This document shows positions 51,894-64,000 of a stretch of DNA of 64,000 nt, one piece after another. Source of the stretch: Eledone cirrhosa (Eukaryota); contig OZ024747.1 of assembly GCA_964016885.1 (NCBI GenBank), positions 38,254,001 through 38,318,000 of the forward strand. The letters are read 5' to 3'. The notes below the pieces were generated by a model. That model was not told where the DNA came from. It searched no databases and saw nothing but the letters and a program-made list of their open reading frames with translations. Both the position numbers and the translations under genes were made by a program. Every line of letters begins with the position of its first letter. Within the stretch, counting starts at the first letter, position 1.

Positions 51894-52724
51894 AAGTAAT
51901 TCCGTCGGAAAAGTCCAGGAAAAAAGAGTGCTCTATGTTGGTAACAGAGCTTAATAGTTATGAAATATTACATAACTATATATATATATTTCGTTGGTTG
52001 GATGGTAAATTTAGAAGTACCATGTTCAGAACATTTAAGTTGTACATAAAAAGCCTTTAGAGATTTGGAACTTTACTTTCACGTGAAAACTGTAAAAGAA
52101 TTTACTCACAAATGGCAAACATCGAATTTTATGTACATACACTCTTAGATAAAATATATCTTATTTATCGCAATTCAAGATGGAATATGAAATTAAATTG
52201 CAAATGTTATAAATTATGGAAATTCATAACGAAATATGAATTCACTCACAGCTTTTAGGAAATACAATTGTTTTTCATGGAACCCATATTTCAGCGTGAA
52301 TAATTAAGTAATACTTAGAATCAAATTTAGGAATTCTTTCGATTTGGCAACTCTTTCTAAGTAGGTTGGCTCAATATTGTAAATGGAATTTGATTTTTAA
52401 CATCGGTGAATACATTTCACCTCTGTCTCGAACTTCCTCTAACAAGAAATAGTATATATGAATAATTTATATTAAAAATAAATGCACTCCTTTCTATGCG
52501 CAAATTTTACATGAAAGTCTGTGTTTGTTTTAAATGCTTTAATGCCAGTATATTTATTGCAGGAAAACATTAAATGAATAAGTACTCAAAACATCTGGAT
52601 TAGTGGGATTTATATAAGAAATAAGTATGCGCGCGCGTATTTTCAGGTGTGTAACGGCTTATGCTGGGGTTATAAGTATGTCGAAAATAAATACCTTACT
52701 GTGCCATATTATTGTCTATTATAA

Positions 52725-52909
52725 GGGCGGTGGATTGGCAGGATCGGTAGAGAGTCGGACGCCATGTTTTCCAGCATAGTTACGTCCCTTTACCGTCTGA
52801 GTTCAAATCCCACCGAGGTTCACTTTGCCTTTCATCCTTACGGGGTCGATAAAATAAAGTACCAGTAATGTACTGGGTATTTGCTGGCCTTGTGCCTAAA
52901 GTAGAAACA
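52725..52909 (+). mobile_element. Full-length SINE S1
   Basis: A-box tggcaggatcgg, B-box gagttcaaatcc. TSD attattgtctattataa. Confidence 0.93.
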
Positions 52910-53764
52910 ATTATTGTCTATTATAACTCTTAATATACAAGTTTATTTTAAATTTCTAGCCCATATGAGCTCGATAAAATGAGCAGGAAAATAACCTACT
53001 TGAACAAATATAATCAAGTAAAATCCCTTGAGGGAGATACCATACTCCAATGAGTGAAACCATTTAAATAATTGAAGTATAATGTGTTGCAGCAGTAAGA
53101 TATAATATAAGTAATTTAGTTAGATACACGCATGGTAATTATTTTTTCTATCTAGAAGGGATGGAATGGAAATAACTCCCCATCGGAATCTATGGGGCTA
53201 TCGAAAGTAATACAATTTTTAGATTTCGTGTTAGTCATCTTCACTGCCTTGAAAATAAAACTGAAAACAACGAGAGAAAATTAATCCTTTTAATTATCAA
53301 GAACGGTTTCTATCTAAAAGACAAAATGTGAAATTATGACATTCAGTCCTTTCCAAATTGAACCAGTTAAATTCATTCTTAATTGCTCTTTTTTTATGAA
53401 TTGCCAAGCGGGGTAGTTTGGAATACGAATCGGAGAACAGAAGTGACTGTTTATTGAATACATATTAGCTACACACTGTAAATGTATATTTCGAAAAGAA
53501 AATAGTATTTACTTAAGTTGAACTCGGGGAGATTTCGTAAATATATATATATATATTGTTTCTGAATTTGTTTAGCAAGATTCTTTATCTGAAATCGTGT
53601 GTTGAAACCGATATTGTTACACTTTGGGAGGGTCATGTTGCCAATAAGAAACACACGCACCAGTTGCTTTCACTTCAATTTATTATAATAAATTTATAAA
53701 TTTAGGAATTTATAAATTTATGGTTGGTTGGTTGGTTCCACAACCAGATAGTTGTTTATATATT

Positions 53765-53808
53765 GTCAAAGTTCTTTCGTCACACATTTTGTGATCTCTT
53801 CAGTGACT
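53765..53808 (-). ncRNA. Type-I hammerhead ribozyme (pLTR copy)
   Basis: Minus strand: gtca CTGAAGA g atcaca aaatg tgtgac GAAA gaac TT tgac. Confidence 0.7.
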
Positions 53809-53891
53809 GGGGACTCTTTTTTTTTTTTTTGTGCCTCTCCTTTGTTCTGTCCTACGCCATTTTGTTTCTGTGTGTGTGTTATGTGTGTTGT

Positions 53892-55138
53892 GGCGTTAGC
53901 ATTGCGGGCGACATAGCTAACTTATTCATGGTATGGTGGGACAGTAAACTTAAACTTAAACTTAAAGAACAATTAGAAGACCCCTTAACCCTGATAATAT
54001 ACTCTCGCTACGTTGACGATATAAACATCGTAGTTAAGACACCCCCACTAGAGAACAGTCAGGAACTAGAGAAAAACACAATGGAAAGCATCCAGCAAAT
54101 AGCTAACTCCATCCACCAGAGTATTAGAGTTACTATAGACTACCCAAGTAAACACCCCAACCATCGATTACCTGTACTAGACACAGAACTCTGGTTAGAT
54201 ACTATTAATAACAAAAGACAAATCCTCCATTCCCATTATGCCAAACCCATGACTTCCAAACATCTGATCCACCGAAACTCGGCTGCTTCGGACCATACCA
54301 AAATCAACATACTGATTGCGGATTTGGTACGGGGGATGAGAAACGTGTCCCGCATGTGCAACCCCGAAGAACTAGAGAGACACATACAACACTTCATCCA
54401 CCGTATGCAGTTTTCTGGTTACATTCAGAGAGATAGAATCAGAGTGTATAGAGGAGCCAGAACCAAATGGGAAAAAATGGTAAATAATGACACAAATGGG
54501 ACCTGCCCCTTGTATAGGAGCAAATTTTGGAATAGAATAGAAAGAACTAGGAATAAGACTAATAGAATAAACTCATGGTATGATAGCAATAAATACCAGA
54601 GTGTAATGTTAATCGATACAACCCCTAGAGGCGAATTAGCTTACAAATTTAGAAGGGCCCTAGATAAACATAAACTCAATATTAAGATAGTAGAAATACC
54701 CGGTACCTACGTAAAAACACTTATTAGCAAGACATACCCTTTCCAAAGACCCCCCCCTGTATAGATAAGAAATGTATAACCTGTAAAATAAGCCCCCATA
54801 TTAACTGTAAAACTAGAAGTGTAGTGTATAGCATAAGATGTACTGAAGGACAATGTAGAGACAAAAATATAGTGTACATAGGTGAGACAGCTCGTAGTGT
54901 AGGGGAACGGATAAATGAACACTGGCGAGACCTTCAAGATAGTAAAGAATCATCTGTACTCTACCAACATGCTAAAATAGAACATAAGTAAATTAGAGAA
55001 CATAGAAATAAAAATAGAATCTACACACAGAAAAGACGCAATGTTTAGACAAATCACAGAGTCAATAAACATAAAAGAATTACAACCAAAATTAAATAGA
55101 AAATATGAGTGGAACAGCAACATCACAACTTACAATTA
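53892..55138 (+). pseudogene. PLE RT C-terminal half + GIY-YIG endonuclease (frameshift near 54760)
   Basis: GVSIAGDIANLFM, YSRYVDD, LPVLD; CIDKKCITC..NC..VVYSIRC..YIGETARSVGERINEH..LNRKYEW. Confidence 0.92.
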
Positions 55139-55429
55139 AGGACAAAATGAAAACACACATACATAGAACAAACAACCAACCAGTAACATGTAAATAAACA
55201 AATAAAGAAACAAACACACACAGACACCCGGATGTGACGCATGCGCAGACTGAGCACACAACACACACACCAAAAGTAGAAACAATTATTTGTTATACCT
55301 TTATTCTCTACTTATAACCCTCTGAGATTTGACCACCACGTATGTATATATATACCTTATGTTGCTTTTCCTGTTAGCATTATCTCCACCCTCACATCTT
55401 TATACATACACTTACTACCACCACTATTA

Positions 55430-55917
55430 TCAACAATCGTATTCTGTACTGATATTTTTTAAACTTTTTTTTTACTTATCTTTACATCTGTAACTTCTGT
55501 ACCTCTTTATCATTATATTTCATTATTGATGTTATTGTTTTGATTCTACGTTGCATCTATATATACCATTGCCATGTGTGAAATCTCTAGTATTCTGATT
55601 ATTTGATCAGAGTGAAATACTTTATATAAGGTCGAGTGACGCAACTCCGCGTGACTAGCGGCCTTTAGACTCACCTGATCAATGAAAGAATTGTTAATAC
55701 CTGAAATAAGACCCCTTGTCGTACAGACGACCATGTTATTCTTCAATCTTTCACTATTATTACTCCAAGTATAACCTGCATAGGAATTCTCGTGATATCG
55801 CTACCTAACTATGGAAACATCATATAGAGTCAAACAAAGCTGTACGTTAAAACTATCCACAATACAGAGTACTCACAACCTCTAACTGGATTACCTATAA
55901 CGATAACTTGTTATCCC
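55430..55917 (+). mobile_element. Solo, diverged pLTR of the 44249 PLE family with extended HHR (55590-55700)
   Basis: Colinear with 46520-47012 and 62030-62491. Confidence 0.8.
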
Positions 55918-55974
55918 ATATATACACACACACACACACACGCACACACACTGACACTGACACACACACACACA

Positions 55975-56142
55975 CACTTCCAGTTGTTAGTACTATCTAT
56001 CGGTCGCAACTCCAGGTAGAAGGAGCAACGTGAAATAAAGTGTCTTGCCGAAGGACACAACGCATCGCCCGGTCCTGGAATCGAACTCACAACCTCAATA
56101 TTGTGAATCCAATTCTCTAACCACTCAGCCACACGCCTTCAC
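55975..56142 (-). mobile_element. tRNA-derived CORE-like SINE S2
   Basis: Minus strand tggctgagtggttag (A box), gagttcgattcc (B box), gttgtgtccttcggcaagacactt (CORE-like). Confidence 0.85.
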
Positions 56143-56784
56143 ACACACATATATCCAAGGGAGGTAACCCCCGCTTGGCGGTGAATTCCAATTTGAGACA
56201 AAGGAATGAATTCCTTTAGACAAACTGAATTAAGCACTCAACCAGAAGTTATCAAACAAACATAAACAATTAATCAATCAATAGAATCGTCTAATTAAAT
56301 TAATCAGTTAATCGTTAATTCTAGGAGTAAAATACAAATTTTAGTACAGCATTAACGAAGCTTTAGTTCGCGGCCAAGCTAACGAAAGCAAATTCGGAAT
56401 GTAGCTTAATCACTCGGATGGGAGAAAGTACCCCAGAGTAATAACAATACGTTTAGACAGCTTAGCAAATCAAATATAGCGATCGGCAGTCCAGCCGCAT
56501 CACCAGAGCAACGAAAATACAGGACTCAGGAAAACTTTTTAGACTGACCTGGACAAAACGGTGAGACAGAATGCAAAATATATAATGCATATGGTATAGC
56601 ACACGATATACATCACATAGAGCACACAACATCAGCGCTAGGTTTCTGCAAATTCAAGATCGACAAATTCCGCTTGCAGGGGTTTGCAAGTTCATGGTTT
56701 TTGACGACAGAACAAAGGATTTCCTTCTTCAGCAAGTATTGTGTTCTTTTGCCTCTGCGATCTCAGTAAACAGGTGGGGTAGTT

Positions 56785-56828
56785 GGCCTTGATAAGCTTC
56801 AACCAAAGCGAAACAAGTCTTGTCGGCT
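56785..56828 (+). ncRNA. Type-I hammerhead, U3-A8 compensatory core
   Basis: ggcc TTGATAA gctt caacca aagc GAA acaag t cttgt C ggct. Confidence 0.75.
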
Positions 56829-57100
56829 TATCTCCCCTGTTTGCTGAGATCAAAGTGAGTGAATTTGTCACTACTTTAAAACAATAGCTTACGGTCTTCA
56901 AGATGCTTTTAATTAAGCATAAAGTGTATTGCAAAATACATTATATATACATCCATATATATATTGCTATTTCAGAGCCCCAATTCTAATTTTTAATTTC
57001 TGCCTGACCAACAACCGCTCTGCATAATCAGCTCCTGATTATTTACTAGATTTCTATAAGAATATAACATCAATGATCTCAGTAAACAGGTGGGGTAGTT

Positions 57101-57144
57101 GGCCTTGATAAGCTTCAACCAAAGCGAAACAAGTCTTGTCGGCT
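57101..57144 (+). ncRNA. Type-I hammerhead, U3-A8 compensatory core (copy 2)
   Basis: Identical to 56785-56828. Confidence 0.75.
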
Positions 57145-57292
57145 TATCTCCCCTGTTTGCTGAGATCAAAGTGAGTGAATTTCTCACTACTTTAAAACAA
57201 TAGCTTACGGTCTTCAAAATGCTTTTAATTAAGTATAATGTGTATTGCAAAATACATTATATATACATCCATATATATATATATAAGAAAGT

Positions 57293-57561
57293 AATTGTGG
57301 TAAGGAACCAGATGGACCATAACGCACCAGAGTACTCAAAACTTAGTGTAGTAGAGTGGGAAATAGGAACAAGTATGACCTCGACAGCAGAGCTCAAGCC
57401 GTTTTGACGGCTATTTCTGAACAGTCTAGAAATAGCCGTCGAAACGGCTTGAGCTCTAACGGCGGGGTCATACTTGTTCCTATTACCCACTCTACTACAC
57501 TAAGTATTGAGTACTTTGGTGCGTTATGGTCCATCTGGTTCCTTACCACAATTCCTTCGTT
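57293..57561. repeat. Fold-back palindrome (~130-bp arms) containing the 3' half of an HHR
   Basis: Arms are reverse complements with centre at about 57420. Same family as 60431-60623. Confidence 0.88.
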
Positions 57562-57651
57562 ATATATATCTTTATATATATATATATATATGATATTATT
57601 ATAATAAAATGACAGGAGGCTGGACTTGTGTAAATCCTTGAAAGGTTTATT

Positions 57652-57709
57652 ATACTATGATCATTTCAACGACCGGATTCCGTATGAATCCGGTGATATC
57701 ATCAGGTAT
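57652..57709 (-). ncRNA. Type-I hammerhead ribozyme
   Basis: Minus strand: atac CTGATGA..accggattc atacg gaatccggt..GAA atgatcat A gtat. Confidence 0.75.
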
Positions 57710-57999
57710 TCGATATATAATAAATGAATGTAATAGATAAAATCCATGGGGTTGAAAATCAAAGACCGGAGGACGACCGACATCTAACATCTTCCACTTT
57801 TGCTGGTCGCCCTCAAGTGAGGGGGCTAAAGCTTATAGTATGCTACTACCGCTCAAATAGAAGAAAAACAGAAAGGGAGGGGAAGATAAGTCAGCGTTAA
57901 TATCATGCCACAAGAAAATAGACAGAAAGAAGGGGGGAGGAAAGGAAGAAGAAGAAGAAGAAGAAGAAGGAGAAGAAGAAGAAGAAGAAGAAGAAGAAG

Positions 58000-58030
<31 letters not shown>

Positions 58031-59899
58031 CAGGGTTAATGTCGAACTACAAGAATAAAGACAGAAATAAAGAGGAAGAAAGAGGAAGAAAAGTCGATAC
58101 TAATGTCAAATTACAGTCAGGCCAGGAATGGCGCGATAAAAATGTATTCTAAGGGACCCGTATCTTAACAGAGGTATATATAGTGGGGGTCTGCATGTTA
58201 TAATGTGTGAGCAGAAGATTGGAACGTTACATTTTTGTTTAGATTTATAGGATGAAGTTAAAAAATTTAATATTTAATATTAACATTATAAAATTAAAGA
58301 AATTAGAAAATTGAAAGTTAAACAGTTTATAATGTTTAAGGTTTTGGTTGCGAGGTTTAAGCAAAGAAAGAGTATTTTATGAAGAAACTTAAATTGTATT
58401 ATAGAGTAAAGATTATGTCCTTGTTTAGCAGTCAAACAGCATACGGCGACTACAGGCTTACGCAGGCCATCTCAACCGCATGTCAGCCACTCCGAGTGAG
58501 ATTGCCTAGCGAAAGATATGGAAATCAATTTTTCCTAGCATTCTATAGTCTACAGTCGCCACAGGCTGTATGACTGCTAAACAGGGACATATCCTTTACT
58601 CTACATCCCACTAGGATAACCTATAGATTAAAGTTTCTTCATAAAAGACTCTCTCTTTAACTAAACCTCGCAACCCAAAACCTTTAAAAAGTTTTAAACT
58701 GTTTAATTTTCAATTTTCTAATTGTTCAATTCTCAATTTTCTAACTCTTAAATTTTATAATGTTAATCTTAAATCCTTTCAACTTCATCCTATAAATCTA
58801 AACAATAATTTAACGTTCCAATTTTCTGTCGGACTGTTGGGTTGGTTTTCCTGGCGGCGTTACCGGCCTCCTGTCGCATGGGCCTACCTTCAGTGCTTGG
58901 AAGAGTAAATTTCCCCTTCTTTCGGTAAATGAAACTACTCGGAGCGGATGGATTCGCCCCAGGGGCCCGGCGCGCAACCGGTTTTTTGACTGCCATAAAG
59001 TACCTTTAAATTACAGATCTAATCATAACTATTAGATGTATGACGCCTCCCTCTACTTAAACAAATCCCCCTCCTGGATAAATTAATAGTACTGGTTTTG
59101 TACAAGGATGGCCTAACGATGAGGACTGACTTCCGGCTGGGGCATCTGAAGCCTGTTATACATTCCTAGAGTGCTCGGAAAAATTGATTTCCATATCTTT
59201 CGCTAGGCGATCTCACTCGGAGTGGCTGACATGCGGTTGAGATGGCCTGCGTAAGCCTGTAGTCGCCGTATGCTGTTTGACTGCTAAACAAAGACATAAA
59301 CTTTACTCTATAATACAATTTAACTTTCTTCATAAAATACTCTGTCTTTGCTTAAACCTCGCAACCAAAACCTTAAACATTATAAACTGTTTAACTTTCA
59401 ATTTTATAATTTCTTTAATCTTATAATATTAAATATTAAATTTGTTAACTTCATCCTATAAATCTAAACACAAATGTAACGTTCCAATCTTCTGCTCACA
59501 CATTATAACATGCAGACCTTCACTATATTTACCTCTATTAAGATACGGGTCCCTTAGCAAAAAATTTGTTCGTGCCATTCCTGGCCTGACTGTAGTTTGA
59601 CATTAGTACCGACCTTTCTTCCTCTTTCTTCCTCTTTCTTTAACCCTGACTTATTCTTCTTTTTCTTTTCCTCCCCCTTCTTTCTGTCTATTTTCTTGTG
59701 GCATGATATTAACGCTGACTTATCTTCCTCTCCCTTTCTGTTTTTCTTCTATTTGACCGGTAGTAGCACACTATAAGCTTTAGCCCCCTCACTTGAGGGC
59801 GACTGGCAAAAGTGGAAGATGCTAGATGTCGGTCGTCCTCCGGTCTTTGATTTTCAGCCCCATGGATTTTACCTATTACATTCATTTATTATATTTCGA

Positions 59900-59957
59900 A
59901 TACCTGATGATATCACCGGATTCATACGGAACCCGGTCATTGAAATGATCATAGTAT
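59900..59957 (+). ncRNA. Type-I hammerhead ribozyme
   Basis: atac CTGATGA tatc accggattc..gaacccggt catt GAA atgatcat A gtat. Confidence 0.75.
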
Positions 59958-60222
59958 AATAGATCTGTCAAGGATTTACACAACTCCAGCCTCCTGTTAT
60001 TTTATTATAATATTTAACTCCGTACTAGCACCACCAACTACAAAAACGAAGACGGTTGAACTGCTTTACGTTGAGTACTCTCCATATTATTACATTAAGA
60101 TTGACCATACTGAATTGACCAGCTCTATCCAGTGGTGAACTTTCAAACCTGAATATATATATACATACATACATATATATATATATACATATATATACAT
60201 ATATATACATATATATATATAC

Positions 60223-60271
<49 letters not shown>

Positions 60272-60300
60272 TATACATATATATATATACATATATATAC

Positions 60301-60333
<33 letters not shown>

Positions 60334-60383
60334 CATATATATACTTATATACATATATATACTTATATATATACATATATATA

Positions 60384-60430
<47 letters not shown>

Positions 60431-60433
<3 letters not shown>

Positions 60434-60623
60434 AACCAGTAAGACCCCGACAGCTGAGCTCAAGCCGTTTCGACGGCTAATTCTGAGTCCAGAATTAGCC
60501 GTCGAAACGGCTTGAGCTCAGCTGTCGGGGTCTTACTGGTTCCTATTACCCACTCTACTACCTCAAGTATTGAGTACTTTGGTGCGTTATGGTCCACCTG
60601 GTTCCTTACCACATTTCCCTCGT
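60431..60623. repeat. Fold-back palindrome, same family as 57293-57561
   Basis: aggaaccagtaagacccc..ctg agtc cag..ggggtcttactggttcct. Confidence 0.88.
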
Positions 60624-60846
60624 TATATATATATATATATACATATATATACTTATATATAATTATATATATATATACTTTTATATATATATATATATAT
60701 ATATACGTACACACACACACACATATATATATATATATTTATATATATACATACATATATATATACATATATATATATATACGTACACACACATATATAT
60801 ATATATTTATATATATATACATACATATATATACATATATATATAT

Positions 60847-60945
<99 letters not shown>

Positions 60946-60956
60946 CATATATATAC

Positions 60957-60993
<37 letters not shown>

Positions 60994-61004
60994 CATATAT
61001 ATAC

Positions 61005-61093
<89 letters not shown>

Positions 61094-61104
61094 TATATAC
61101 ATAC

Positions 61105-61626
<522 letters not shown>

Positions 61627-61691
61627 TATACATACATATATATACATATATATATATACATACATATATATACATATATATATATACATAC

Positions 61692-61814
<123 letters not shown>

Positions 61815-61822
61815 CATACATA

Positions 61823-64000
<2,178 letters not shown>

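Larger units (their letters stand above)
53556..55275 (+). mobile_element. 5'-truncated Neptune-like PLE with inverted 5' pLTR
   Basis: 53556-53865 matches the 43298 family pLTR in minus orientation, followed by RT and GIY-YIG. Confidence 0.9.
56759..57282 (+). repeat. Direct repeat (~205 bp shared, 316-bp spacing), each copy with an HHR
   Basis: 56759-56962 is nearly identical to 57075-57280. Confidence 0.92.
57598..60151 (+). mobile_element. Degenerate PLE with ~850-bp inverted arms and a nested third partial arm
   Basis: 57598-58530 is the reverse complement of 59180-60010. Centre carries decayed RFFGLPKVH- and LDV..SLY..IP-like RT motifs. Confidence 0.8.

Overview
Eukaryotic, AT-rich, microsatellite-dense DNA with no convincing host gene. 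The SINE types and (TA)n/(CA)n density suggest a cephalopod, probably octopus; this is inference. The window is almost entirely transposon-derived. It holds a deleted mariner, a head-to-tail array of four diverged L1/Tx1-like LINEs (about 10.5-25.5 kb, minus strand), R4/Dong, RTE and CR1 fragments, a hAT derivative, MITEs, two tRNA-derived SINE families, and many Penelope-like elements (PLEs) and small non-coding derivatives. The most striking signal is about 20 type-I hammerhead ribozyme (HHR) motifs read by eye. They include ~316-nt circularly permuted retrozyme-like monomers, a tandem pair with a compensatory U3-A8 core, an HHR family with an extended stem II, and fold-back palindromes centred on an HHR stem II. 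An inverted segmental duplication (about 41.6-44.9 kb vs 61.8-64 kb) supplies an empty site for one PLE insertion. All calls are by eye and coordinates are approximate.
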